Origin: Geosiphon pyriformis uo1 | Taxonomy: Eukaryota > Fungi > Glomeromycota | Assembly (NCBI GenBank): GCA_016748015.1 | Contig: JAAOMT010000599.1 | Coordinates: 124,001 to 188,000, forward strand | Direction of reading: 5' to 3' | Length of the DNA: 64,000 nt | Shown here: positions 1 through 13,300 of the stretch, one piece after another | How positions within the stretch are numbered: position 1 is the first letter of the stretch | Layout of the letters: every line of letters starts with the position of its first letter | Position numbers and translations under genes: made by a program | Notes under the pieces: generated by a model | The model's input: only the letters and a program-made list of their open reading frames with translations | The model's database searches: none | What the model was told of the DNA's origin: nothing

Positions 1-2298
1 AGCTGCAAAAAAGGAGGTTCTGCTACTCTTAGAGTCAGCTCTACCTGTCCTGGTAAAAAATTTAGAATTCAACCTATAGCCGTACAATTGTTCATGTCTT
101 TTGACTTCACAAAGCAGAGGGTCATAAAAAATCTTCCACAACAATGGTGAAAAAACTTCCCCTTGATCCAATCCATCATGAACAGCATATCCATCAGTTA
201 GACCAAAGTCTGTCATTACCCAATTGGACCGATTATTGTGTATATTTCCAAAAAGTTCAATAAAACGGGGGCACATTTTGATCCTAATTAGACTATTTTG
301 CAGATGGGGCCACCCAACTAAGTCATAAGCTTTTCGCATATCCTGAAGCACTAGCCAAAGCTCCCTGTCCTTCTCAAGTGCATCTTCAACAATAGAACCA
401 ATGGTGAAAATAGGAGTTTAAGTAGATGTATCCTTTAAAACCGAAAAATTGTCCTCACAAAAGACATTAGAAACACTACAAGCCAGAGATATTCTGTCAG
501 AAAGAATCTTAGACAGTATCTTTCTGGCTGTCTCAATCAAAGCTATTGGTCTGGTATTGGTAAGTGTTCTTTCCCAATCATAGAGCTTTGGTATCATGGA
601 AACTCAGACTTGCCTCCACTGTAAAGGAACTGCCCTTAACTTTAAACACACATTAAGAATGTCAAGCAGACCACCCAGAACCTGAGCATCCCCATGCTTC
701 CAAAGCTCATTAAGAATACCAGACATGCCAGCAGCTTTCTCATCAGGCAGTTTTTTGACCACTAAGAGAAACTCATCTGATTTAATCACATTCATGACCT
801 TCAAGAATGCATCATCACTGACATAGTCCAAGGGAGCATATTGATTAGACCAATGAACAGGCAGAGAGATGGGAGCAACCCTTTTCCTTGTCCATCCCTC
901 CATAATGTTATCAACAGCAGATTTAACCTCTTTGGGCTCCAAAATCAGCTCATTGTCCAATATCAGATGGTCCAGCACAACTTTTTTGAATGGCCGATTC
1001 AAAACACTTTTGATCATAAGTCCCTTATTGGAGCTAAAGTTTTCTATTCATTTGTCTATTGCTTTTCTGATTGAAATATCTTTGGCCACCCTAGACTCGT
1101 AGTATTTAGACTTATGGTACAATTTTTTGACCCTTGATAGGTGTTGAAGAATGCTCACTCTGCTCACATTATCATCAAACATTGTGCATGCTTTGGAGGC
1201 CCCCTTATTATCAAGATCAGACCACACCTTGAGGAAGTAAGCAGCATCCAATACTTGATCCAAGCTCAAACATTTCATCAACTTGGCCACCAACAACTCC
1301 AACTTGAAAAACTTCGAAGACAGCTTATTTTTCAAACAATCAAACTTACTAAACCAATGTCTAGAAAACACCTTATCTGCTGAGTAAAAGACCACATCCT
1401 TAAGGATTCTCCACATGGCATCCAAATCTCCATTAACTTTCGCATCATTGAATAAAACTATGTTTCCCAAGAACCTGTCTAAAGAATATTCCCTAAAGTG
1501 TAACCACTTATTAGCATCTGCATCTTTGATCTTGAATTTCCACTTATCTTTATTGGTTTGTTTGCACTCACTATTAAGACAGGAATCCAAGAGACCACCC
1601 AAACCAACAGAAACCAGAACAGCATTATGATCAGTGTCAAAGAAATCAGAAACAGAAGAGATATCATGACCAGCCAAAGCAGATGACAAACTTTTGCTCA
1701 CAAAAATGTAGTCGATAACTTTCACGACACCCTGGGAATTGCCTCAAGTGGAAGCTTTGACCAGAGGATGTCTGCCAAAGAAGTTGACCAACTCCAAATC
1801 TGAGCAAAACTTAAGACTAGCACTCTTTCTAGATCCGTCCTCATTGAAATTACCACTCAGAACCATGAATGTGGAAGAATTGGCAGTCTTGGCAATAAGA
1901 GAGTTAATTTCGCAAGCTTGGCCAAATCTAGTCTCAGCAAAAGCACCTGCATATAGGCCCAAAATCACAACTGACAACTTACCCTTAAAAAGGAGCCAAA
2001 CAGAAAGAAGATAACCAGATACCTTCTCAACCTTAGAAACATGATGAGCAAGGGAATTGTTTATAATGATCATCACTTCAGCACCAAGAAACCCATTGTT
2101 CAAACCAGAAGAGAATATCTTCACCCTGTTGAACTTGTTCATAATCCAAGGCCTAATACTAGATCTCAATTTTGTTTCTGTAACAATAGAAACCATATTC
2201 CCAGAATCATGGTGCCAATGAACAACATCTTCCTGCTTGGCAGGGACATTGATATCACAAGCATTGCATGTTGCAATTTTCCAAACCAGCTCCATCAT
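1..2298 (-). pseudogene. LINE ORF2 (AP endonuclease + reverse transcriptase), interrupted
   Basis: ORFs 1744-2298, 1048-1725 and 604-1017 share one frame, separated by stops; RT motifs continue to position 1. Confidence 0.9.
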
Positions 2299-4117
2299 TG
2301 AGAAAGATGAACATTGGAAACCAAACCAGCATTGTCAATTTTGGCTGAGAGACTCATAACTGTGACTGAAAAATTGTGCAAAGTTTCCTCCATTTTAGAG
2401 ACAACCAAAGGATCAAAAACCGCTACTTCTGCAATAGCCTTACCACCAGTGGCCACATCTGAATCCTTACTCATTACTATATCCGTCCCTTGATTCTGTG
2501 ATGAAGGGGTCACCAACAGCTGACATCCAGGGCTAGACTGGGAAACCAGTGGCCCAGGTGAGTCCAACCTCTTAGCCAACTTGTCCACATGTTCCATGAG
2601 GCTGGCAAGACTATGCTCAAAAGTGGCAAACCTATTATTTAATTCTACAGACACCAACGGAGGAGGTTTTATCCCCAAAGAGGAACTAGAAAAAGCTGAA
2701 TCATTACGTACAGAGAGAGGAGGGAAAGAAGACTCACCAACAATATTGGTCCATGAAATACCATCAAAAGACACAGGATGGGATATTGGAGCAGAGCGCC
2801 TTGCATAAATAGAAGCCAGTCTGTTTTTATCATTCTCAGACAATATCCTATGAGCTAGTCTACCAGGGGAAGATTTCCCATCCACAGAACAACTAAGAGA
2901 TGTATGACCCAAATTCCCATACTTAGCACACTTAGCAGAACTCATGTGAGTTCAACACAGATTGGCGCCCTTCAAGACAGGTGTGGTTCCCATAACTGCA
3001 TTAATCGAAGCCGTAGAGTCAAAACAAACAATAGCACATCTGGTCCGAGCATATGTAACAGAGTGTTGATCGATAATGCATGTTTTCCCACTTACAGAAC
3101 CAATGAAATCCCAGATATTATGTGCATTAGTGCTCATTGGCAGTGTGTAGAGCAAAGCCCTATGCTGATCTTTTGTGTCCTATGATTCCTTGTCCGAATT
3201 AGCCTTAGCCACTCTTACGGTATCCTTCCCAATCAAGATAGACCATCTAGCTGCAACCAAATCAGTCTGATTCAATTGGGCAAATTCAACCACAGCCTTT
3301 TGTCATAGCCCCACCAATTGCATTTTGATCAACACAACAGAACCAAATTCAGAAAGTGCAGTGCACACAGCCTCAACTAATGTTTCAACTGGAATTTTCT
3401 TTATCATCACAGCTTGATCTAAATGACCAGTTGGTTTCTTGAGATTAGTGTTAACCAAGATTTTCGCATTCCCAGCCTTTTTAGAAGTCTGTGCCAAGCT
3501 CGATTTAGAAGTAAACGTCGCTCTGATGATCCCAGCAAATTTTAAGGGAGTAGAGACCCCTCCAAAACCATTGATTCCTGAAAATAATTTCCTGACTGCA
3601 GAAAGTTTCTCTTGAGAAGATTTACCAGTCACTTTTTTCAACCCAATATCTAAAGCAAATGACTTATAAACAGGAACATTAACCAGATTCCTCAAAGGAA
3701 GAGAAAGTTTCAAATGACCACCTGACAGAATATCACCATCATCATTATTGCCCAGAAAATTAATTTTGCCCAGAGGTTTACCCAAAGCTTGCTTAGTAAC
3801 TACTCTGGGCCCTTTGGGTGTTTGGTTAATGTCTTTTCCTTCCAAAAGATCATCTTCGTCATAATCTACACTAGTTTTCTCAATCAAAAACTCCTCTTTT
3901 ATGTCCATATTGTCGGATTCATTGATATCCCCAGTCTCAGACCTCCAAGAACTACCAACCATTTTATCAAACACAACCATTTTTTGAGCAGCACCGTCCT
4001 TCAGAACACCACCTTTCTTTTTTTTTCTAGAAGCAATGTCCTTACTAACAGTATCAGCACTAAAGCCTTTGGCAGACTTCTTTATCGCAGTAATACTGGG
4101 ACCAACAATGGTCTCAT
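2295..4117 (-). pseudogene. LINE ORF1 (nucleic-acid-binding protein with RRM-like segments and degenerate CCHC knuckle), interrupted
   Basis: ORFs 3303-3980, 2952-3155 and 2295-2945 are collinear in one frame; basic N-terminus SRKKKKGG; stop overlaps the ORF2 start. Confidence 0.8.
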
Positions 4118-5036
4118 AATCAAGCAGAAAAAGTTTGGATTTATCGTACTGAATTGTAGAAAACTTTTTTTCAAAAAACTTTTGACTCTTTTTCAGGAAT
4201 TTGGGACGAAAGAGAGAAAGAAGTTTTTTATTTAATTAAAACATATAAAAAAATATTTTTATTAATAAATTATAATAAAACTATTACCAAATATTTTATT
4301 TAATAATTAAATAAATTTGTTTGTTAAAATAAAAATTTTATTAAAATAAATAATAACATATTTTTTTAAAAGCTGGTTAAAAAAAATTAATTTTAAAAAA
4401 ATTTATGTATAATCATTAATTGCTCGAGTTTTCAACTATGATTAAATTAAAAAATTGAGTAGATTGTAATCCAAAAAATTTAACATGCTCATTTCAGGTT
4501 TTTAAATACACAATAATATTATTCATATAACCAAAACAAAACTTTAGTTGACTTTATAAATTTTTTATATTTTGATTGTATTTAAAATAATTTTCTTAAT
4601 GTTGTTTAAAATAAACTCCAAGTCATGTTTTTGTATCTAAAAAATAACTTTTGTTGATATTGTTTGTTGGCTATAATCAAATAAATACAATATAAATCTG
4701 CATACAATAAACAACCAGTTTATGTAATGCTTGTGATCGACGTTGCACAATGCTCTCGACACCACTATTCAGCCAATTGGAAAAAGTTTAAAATAAAAAT
4801 AAGGATGCAGACCACAGGCAAAAATAAACCTACAAATGGCGATCTAACACTTGATCCAAACATGAAAAGGTGTGCATTTTTATAAACATATCAAGATTTC
4901 TCGGTGTTTTTTTGTTGCAAGATTTGCATTGTTATCATTTCACACTTAATCAAAAAAACATAGTTATTCAAGGATTATAAAAAACAAACACTGTAGCCGA
5001 AGTTCAACAGCAAAATATGTATCAGACTTACATATA

Positions 5037-5741
5037 TCAAAGCAAATCGCAATCTGCTTCTTCAACGATATCCTTCGCAAACTGAGTATTTTCCTTGTTA
5101 AAATCATCACTGACAGTAAAAGAACAAAAATTCGTTACTTCCGAATCTTTGATTTCAGATTTTTGTATCTTTTTTCGCATCTCACAGATACCACCGCATA
5201 ATCCTTCCAACTCCAATATTTCTCTGATTTTCTGCAATTGCTTGTGGCTTAGTTGGAAAGGCCAGGGCAAAAAAAATTGTAGAAACAGGAGTTAAAATCA
5301 CACAGTATCCCTAATTAACTCACCTTACTCAAAGATGTCAAACAACGCTCTGTCGCTGGTGCTAACGCCGTCCAAATTTTCTTGGTTGAGTTCAAACCTA
5401 GCATAGCAAATAAATATGATGCACCATTGGGCCATCAATCATCGCAGCCCGAAAGCATACACCTCATTGCTAAAGACTACCCTGATAAATGATACGTGAT
5501 TTCTGCTTTTTTCGCTTGGTTTTGAATGTATAAAATAAAATTAGGCAGGTTTCCAGCACATTGCACCTTCTTTTTTAGGCCTTACCTCAGTATCGAGATC
5601 TCCTTGAAAATGATCATCCTTGAATGTGTTGAAGTTGGAGCCTACCGAATTACAATAGTAAGCAGTGAAAGTGTTAAACAGCACAAGCACACTAAAATCT
5701 CTGTTTACCATCACGTGGCACATCTGCTCCAGTACATTTAA
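5037..5741 (-). CDS. Probable small multi-exon hypothetical protein; 5' end unresolved
   Basis: GT-AG splicing gives a continuous frame ...GSNFNTFKDDHFQGDLDTE-SLAMR-FELNQENLDGVSTSDRALFDIFD-HKQLQKIREILELEGLCGGICEM...ADCDLL*. The region retains CpG, unlike the flanking TEs. No recognisable domain. Confidence 0.45.
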
Positions 5742-5865
5742 CTGAGTTAATAAAAAGAGTTTACCAAGGGATAATTCCCCACTTCTTTCGTCAGTATAAA
5801 CATCATCCGCACCCATAATATCCTTGCTTACCAATATAAGATGATGTGTATATTATATGTCATCA

Positions 5866-5879
5866 GAGTGACGTCACTC
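5866..5879. promoter_or_regulatory. 14-bp perfect palindrome GAGTGACGTCACTC containing a CRE/ATF (bZIP) site TGACGTCA, in the putative divergent promoter
   Basis: Read directly from the sequence; lies between the two divergent small genes. Confidence 0.45.
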
Positions 5880-6072
5880 GAAGATGTCTAATAATTAAAA
5901 CAAATTACAATAATAAATCTATTCATAATTTCACGCGGATCAAAAAATTTGACGCATGTATGCAGAAGATCTTGACTCTACAGGGTAAAATCGTAATCAG
6001 ACTTGACGATTCCACTTTCTCCAATTTTCACTTTCTTCTATCCCCAGTTTCCACATAACCACCACTAATACC

Positions 6073-6620
6073 ATGAGCGCTAACAAAAAACCAACCCCAT
6101 TAAGTCCTACCGCTGCCCGTACAGTAGAGTTGATGAACACAAGAACAAACTTTCGCAAAGCTTTTGAAGAGAATTTAGGCTGTAAGTGAAATTTGCTTTT
6201 CCACATTTTCAAAACGAGCTCTTATAAAAGATCTCTTAGTGTTTTCAAAGCTGATAAATATGAAGTTGATACTATCAAACTTGCATCTTTTTACTTGGTG
6301 TTTCTTTGACATCTTTTTGTCACAGGGTTCAATTCTGTAAAATTAGAAGAAGGTGTTTACTTTCAATATCCCGACAGTATCGAAGTGGAAGGTTCACAAT
6401 ATCTCAGACTACAGGCTGCCTTGAAAGAAATCATCGATTCAGAGCCCGAATTAGCCCAGGAGGTTAAAGCGGGCACAAAAGATTTAGAGGCATTAGAAGG
6501 CCATCCCAAGGTATTTATATTTTCTGTTTTATTAACCATTTACTTTTTGCCATTTATATTTGGGGTCGTGAGATTATTCAGAATTCAAACGTTAAAAAAA
6601 CTTGGAGAATGTCCCTTTGA
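6073..6620 (+). CDS. Small 3-exon hypothetical protein (about 110 aa)
   Basis: Exons 6073-6181, 6326-6510 and 6582-6620, with GTAAGT...CAG and GTATTT...CAG introns, give MSANKKPTPLSPTAART...EENLGWFNSVKLEEG...LEGHPKNSNVKKTWRMSL* without stops. Confidence 0.6.
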
Positions 6621-7299
6621 AATTTTGTTTTGATGAAGAGCTTTTGCAAATTACTTTATAGCTTATATATTTGCTGATTTTTATTTTAATTTATTCTGCT
6701 TTGCCCTATGAAATTTTATTTTTCCAATCCAAAAAACGCAGATTAAAGAGCTATTCCCCTCGCAGAAACCCACTTAAAACAAGATTCTCTCAAAAAATCG
6801 AAAAGAAAACCCCCAGTCGTGGCGTTTTGACTTTTTTGTCGAAATCCCGTTCACTATAAATTGTTTTAGTGCATGTTTTATAAGTTATGTTCCTTTTAAG
6901 ATTAATTACTATTTATTCCAAAACACGTTAATTTATTGAAGGTTTTTATCAATAAAGAATCTGTTGCCACCTGTAAAATCTTGACGTTTTCAATAAGGGT
7001 AGATTTAAGCGAACACTATTAATAATGATTAGAATTTGAATTTTTTGTTTATGTGAATTATTAATCTATTCATATAAACAATTATTTTTTGCTTGTTTTT
7101 TAGCTTTGTTAAACATTTAATAGTAAATCATCTAGGATCTTTATGATTGAACATGTATAGGTTGTAATCTGTAAATAGTGATTGAATTACATCCAGTAAA
7201 GCAAATTAAAATAAATAATTTAATAAGCAATTTTTTTGTTTAATTTTGTTTATTTATGATGTAAATTAATTTCTTTATGATACGGTTAAATATTTAATA

Positions 7300-9300
7300 A
7301 TGGATTTTAAAACACAAAGCAATTAAGATTTAAATATTTTATTAAATTTAAAAACCTAATTAACATAATAATATAAAAATATAATTTTAAAATTTTAAAC
7401 ATATTTTCTTAATATTCAAATTAAAAAATATATAATTTATTTAATATTAAGTTAAAAAATTAATAATTTTTATAGTTAAAGTTTTTTTAAAATTTTATAT
7501 TAAAAAACGAATTTAATAATGTTTTAATTATTACTAAAAATTTTAAACTTTTAACACCAAATTTATTAATAAAATTCTGTTTTTTAGTATTTATAATACC
7601 AATTACTATTTTTATTACTATTTTTTAAATAGTCAAAAAAGAAAGTTAAACAACAATTATTTGTTTTAATATTGTAAAATTAAATTTTTAATATTTATAA
7701 TATAAATTTTAATTTATATTTATTTAAAAACCAGAAATATGATTTTAAAAACTACATAAACAGAAAAAAATTAACTAATTTAGTCTTAAAAGTATTATAT
7801 AAAGTAATAACTTTTTTTTGATTAAACAAAAAAAAATTTAATATGATTTTTTTATCAAAACTAATCAGCAAACAAAAACAGTTATAACAGTTTTATAAAA
7901 TTTAAAATAAATAATAACATATTATTAATACCAATAGATTTTAATTTAAACTAAAAATTTTACTAAAAACACCAAAAATTTTTTTAATAATATTATTATT
8001 AAGTAAAATTTAAATTATCAATTAGCATAAAATTACTTTTATAATTTTTATTTCAATCAGCATAAATATTATTTAAAATTTATTACTTATTATTTAGCCA
8101 AATTATTAAATTTTATTATTTAATTAATAATTTAATTTATATAATACACAAATATAATTAAATAGAATAATTAAATTATATAATATTTTAAAACTATATA
8201 ATTGTTTAAAATTTGTTAAAATATTTAACAATTTATTAAAATATTTAATAATTATCTAAAATAACTTGTAATTTGCCAAAATATATAAAATTTAAAATAA
8301 TTTTATAATAAAATATATAAAAAAAAAGCTTTTTTTTAAAAAAATATATTAAATATATTAATTTATCAAGTTTTAAATTAATCAATTAACTACTATAAAT
8401 TAATAAAATAAAATTATTAAAAATTTAATGAGTATAATCTAACTACTATCTAATATTTTAAAACAAACTAAGCATTCTAAACTAAGTATAATTTATGTAC
8501 TTTCTATATATAACCAGTTATTTAAACCAGTTTAGGCTACACTATATTAATATCTTACAAAAAAACTTGTTTAAGATAGATATTTTTTGAATAACATCAA
8601 ACAAAATATGACTACTAAGAACCAATTTAATGACTGTTTTTATGAAACTAAACATAATTTCAAGAAACTTGAATTCTTAGAATGTTATTAATTCAATAAA
8701 TATCTTATTACTCATTTCAATTAAAACTCCAAAATTACCAAATATATTATTATTTTCTATGTCATACTTTGTTTTTAATGTTACTATTTCTCTTTTCAAC
8801 TTACTAACAGATTTGCTAAAAGTATCTAAATATACTATAAACTTATTAATCTTGTTTTTAAATTTGTTTTCTAATTGTTGAAAACAGATTTATTTTTGAA
8901 AATGTCTATTACTTTGTTAAATATTTTTTTGAAGCTATTAGTTTTATTAGTTGAAATTCTAAATGTGCTAATAATATTATAAATAATGCTTTGTACAATA
9001 TAATTAATATAAATAAAAATAAAACATTTAATATGTAATATTCTAATGATTGAATTTGATTTGATTTTACCAGTTCTGTTTTTTTAGCTTTTTGGTCTTA
9101 TTTTATATAAACTTTACATTATTAATTACTTATAGCTAAGAGAAAAAAATTATATGATTTAAATTATTCTAATATGTTGTGTATTAAATATGAATTAATT
9201 GAGAATTTTAATCATATATTTTTTTATATTTATGATGATAAAACTAAGAAGAATTTGATTTTAAAGACTATTGAAGTTGGAACTGGTTTGCTAAATACAT
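7300..9300. mobile_element. Extremely AT-eroded retroelement relics (family-A-like LTR remnant about 8000-8400 plus gag-like fragments)
   Basis: Residual similarity to the family A LTR (ataacttgtaatttgccaaaat; aaaaaagctttttttt...aaaaaatatatt); very low GC. Confidence 0.45.
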
Positions 9301-10314
9301 TGTTACCAGTAGAATTTTAGCTATTAATTAACATGAAATTATTCTTATAATTCCTATCAGTAATTAACATGTTAATATCAATTCAAATTATCATTTATTA
9401 TTTAATCAATTTATCACATATTATGATTCAATTAATAATTCAATTAGTACAACAAAAAGTAAGATGATCAAATTACATAATATCTTGAACTTTGTAACAT
9501 TCAAAAATTCGCCAAAATTTACAGAAATTTGCCAAAATTTATATGAAATTTGCCAAAATTTATAGAAATTTGCCAAAATTATGAATAGTTCATCCAAATT
9601 AATTAATAATTCAGCGAAATAACTTGTAGTTCATTAAAATGTATTTTTAGTTCGCCAAAATTTGAGTAAAGAGAAAAAGTGCAAGTTTATAGACTAGTAC
9701 TACAACAAGTTGTATAAAAGAAAAGCTTTTCTCTTCAAAAAAATGTATCTTAATTTAGATTTATCACTTAGAACCATTCCTACACACAAAAAAAGAAATA
9801 AATATCAAATAAATCAAAAAACCAAATTCTTTAATTATTGCACTTGGAAAATCTCCAAAACCCAATTAACATTTTAAAATTGATTAGCTATGAATTTCAG
9901 TAAACTGTTAGTGACTCCAGGCCTGAATAGAAAACGTTTCCCTTGATAAAATCCTATTTCTTTTATATTTCTTTTATTTTTTTATTTTTTTTTCTTATTA
10001 CAATCATTAGAGTAGCCTACAGACAAGATTCCTGTAGAAGAATTGACTTTTACAGCAAAGTAACTACACATTTTTAGTGAGCTTCCAGACAAGCAATTTT
10101 TGGGAAAGAGTTGACATTTACTACAACATAACTACATAAAGTAACTGGCAAGAAATTGGCCATTCCACTTATAAGCCCAGCAAGTTCAAATTATAGAAGA
10201 TAATTTGAAGATAAATTCAGTTATTGGAGGTTTAACTACTTCTAGAAAACGTGAATTTGCAACCAACAGATATTTACAACATTCAAGAAAAGAGACCAAA
10301 AACTTCTGGTAACA
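9301..10314 (+). repeat. Family A 5' LTR (about 1014 bp)
   Basis: Terminal inverted repeats TGTTACCAG...CTGGTAACA; matches 18277-18851, and related copies at 24899-25878 (reverse) and 34394-35272. Confidence 0.95.
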
Positions 10315-10316
10315 TT

Positions 10317-10328
10317 TGGTGCTCTTCC
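10317..10328 (+). other. Candidate primer-binding site (TGGTGCTCTTCC)
   Basis: TGG, complementary to the tRNA CCA end, 2 nt after the LTR end; tRNA not identified. Confidence 0.7.
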
Positions 10329-10359
10329 ATAGAAATAACACAGCAACAACAAATTCAAA

Positions 10360-13300
10360 GTGGCGACCACACCAGACACAACAACTCTAGAGTATCATCA
10401 GTCAATTTACACCCACTGCAAGCAAAGATTCAACATCCCAGACAGAATTGAAGTTGTTAAGAAATCAGTATACCAATATATTGAAAATTGCATCAACAAT
10501 TATCTTTTTGAAAACTACAACATTTCAGAAGTTAGAAGCAACCTCTACAATAATTTAGTGCACTATTCACAATTGGGAACAGAAAACCTGAACAGTGAAA
10601 CACTTGCTGCCTACTTCCAAGAACTTAATTTTAATATTATTGAGTACTGTGAAGAAAAATACCCAGTACAGCTCAAATACTTTTTTAACTTTGAATCAGA
10701 AACAGAGACAAGCAACAAAAACAAACAAAAAGTAAAACAATACTCAAGAATCACTCCAAACACTCCAATATTATCAAAGACAACTGCCAAACACTTGCAA
10801 ACACCTAAACAAGGAACCAGTGTCAAATTACCACTTTCTATTACACTATTTTCAATTTTACTTGTTCAACTACAAACACCAAGTTCACCACTTAACCATT
10901 TTTCCAGACCAGAAGATTTTCAGTCACCTAGAAATCTTACTCAACAACAAGAACCAATATCAACAAGTGCCAATATCATTGATTACTTACAGGAAAATGA
11001 AAGTAATCATTCAGAAAGCTTGGAAAGTGAAGAAACTGAATCAGAACCAGAAGAAATCACAGAAAACAAAGAAAAAATGGCAACTGCTTACATTGCAAAA
11101 ATTCCAGAATTCACTGGTAAAGACAATAATACCAGTCCTCAAGAATGGCTTGACAAAGTTCAAAAAGCAGGAGATGCAAATGGTTGGATTGCAGCAAGAA
11201 TGCTTAAAGCAATTCCTTACTTTCTCTAAAGAACAGCAGGAGAATAATTTGAAAATTTAGAAGAATCATTTAAAAACTGACAAGCATTCAAAAATGCTTT
11301 TCTACAACAATTCACTAACAACAATACTTCTATTACTCTCAGAAACCGCTTTCGCAATATCAAACAAGAAACATCTGAAACTGTTATAACCTATCTTGAA
11401 AGATTTAACAAACTTCTCAGATGAATCTGACAATTGGAAACCAATGACTACTATTCTAATGCTCAAATTCTGGATCAGTTTATAGCAGAGTTAAAAGACA
11501 AACTAATTAAAAAAGTCCATTCACATGCTTCAGCAGACTTAGCAACTGCTATTAAACATGCAAAAAGCTATAAAATGGCAATGAAAAAAGCAAATCACAC
11601 CAAGTTTGTAAACCTTGCAATTGGAAAAACCAGCAGCAGCTGAAGAGAAGATAGACCAACTCACAAAAAAGGTTGAAAGCTACTTCACAAACCAACAACA
11701 ACAGCAACAACAACCACAAAGATATAAACCCTTATAACAACACAACCAAAACAATTTTGGATCACCATTCAACAACCAACCTCAAAATTGTCATTATTGT
11801 GGAATTCCAGAACACTGGAAACAAGATTATAGAAAATTACAAAGAGACCAACAAAACAGGAGTAATTAACGTTACTCTTCACCACAACAATCTTATTACT
11901 AATCTCCACCACCAATTTATTATTCACCAAGACCACAAAATCAAAACAGTTACTATTCACCAGCTTCACAACCAATGCAGCAACAATATCAGCAACTTTT
12001 ACCAATTCAGCCATATCAGACACCATCCACTTAACAATATCAAGTACCAGCAAGAAGATTGGTTCAATATAACCAATTTACACCCCAAAATCAATTGCAG
12101 AGTAACAACAACAGAATCAATCCAAATAACCAGTTGGTTCCCCGAAATTCTGGTCAGCAAAGACCCAATTACTATTACACTTAACCCAGTTATCTTACAA
12201 TACCAGAGGAATCGGATTTTTAACAAACTGCACTTTCTGAAGGTGAAGTTGCAGCACCAAGATCAAACCCTTCTAATCACACCATTCCATCAGCTCAAAT
12301 TGCCCAAAATGCCAATCTGTCAGATATATTTCCATTTGAATTTGAAGCAAATGAATCACCATTTCTGCTTAATAATGCAGCAGTTAATAAACAGAAAGCA
12401 ATTACTGCTATGTATACAAAAGCTACAGTAGAAAGAAAACCCATTTGCTTAATTTTAGATAGTAAATTGGCTAAAAGTATATATACTTACCAGCTGATAC
12501 AACAACTCAAACAAAATGTAGACAGACCAGCTCAAACAGTTATTGTTACAGCTGATGGTATGAAGAAGACTCCAGTAAGAGAAATTGATGATTTCCCCTT
12601 TACAATTGATGGAATTACCATTTCAGTTAAAGTTCTTGTTATGGATGCACCCCAATACCAAGCTCTAGTCGAAAATGATTGGCTTCTCAAGACCAATGCA
12701 AACTTGAACTGAAAAACTCAAGAACTTAAAATCTCATACCAAGGACAATATACCATAGTACTTGCAACCTGTGGTACCTTTAACAAACAATCAGAAAAAG
12801 CTTCAGTATTTGAATTTGAAGAAAAGAAAGAAATGCCACTCACTGAAACCTACATGGCTCTTGGATCACCATCCAATTGGGCTGAGAAAACAGAACAAGA
12901 GATTTTTGAAGAATCAAGAGGATAGAAGAAAGTTAGATATTCTACACCAGAATCATGAAAAAAACCACCATACATTCCACTAAAATGCAAAGATTGCAAA
13001 AAGAAACTTTTATCTATGGAAGTCTGTATTTCCCCAGAAGAGAAATACGAAACTCGCATTTGTTACTTCTGCAAGGCATGCCATAGAGAATGATTTGGAT
13101 CCCCAAAGAGAAATGGAAAATTGGACAAAACTTCTTGCCTTACTTGTGGAGAAAGACTACCAGAAGAATGCAATTGGATTGATGTAGCAATGAGAAGAGA
13201 AGTATGTAATCAGACCTGTCAATATGCTTTATCAATTTTGGAAAAAGTCAGAAGAGGAACACCATTTGATGCAGTATACAACAGTGCTTTCAATAAACTT

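Larger units (their letters stand above)
1..4232 (-). mobile_element. Decayed non-LTR retrotransposon (LINE; APE-RT type, L1/Tad1-like); 3' part lies outside the window
   Basis: ORF1 with knuckle remnant CAKYGNLGHTSLSC. ORF2 with AP-endonuclease motifs (ATCNACDIN, VTETKL, GNFNE, IDYIF, TDHNAV) and RT motifs (RPIALIETARKILSKIL, LQDMRKAYD, GLDQGEVFSPLLW). Multiple in-frame stops. Confidence 0.93.

Noticed and set aside
11630-11645. Frame change in family A gag as a programmed frameshift
   Set aside because: The homologous A0 segment (about 46441-46470) is in frame; a 2-bp deletion in this copy explains it.
12221-12223. In-frame TAA at the family A gag/pol boundary (also TAA in A0 at 47024) as a programmed readthrough stop
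   Set aside because: A neighbouring codon (12182 / about 46985) is likewise TAA in both copies, so recurrent CAA>TAA mutation explains it. A family consensus would be needed to revive the idea.
11673-12431. 252-aa Asn/Thr/Ile-rich ORF
   Set aside because: It is an alternative frame of the Gln/Pro-rich gag tail; the real frame carries the zinc knuckle.
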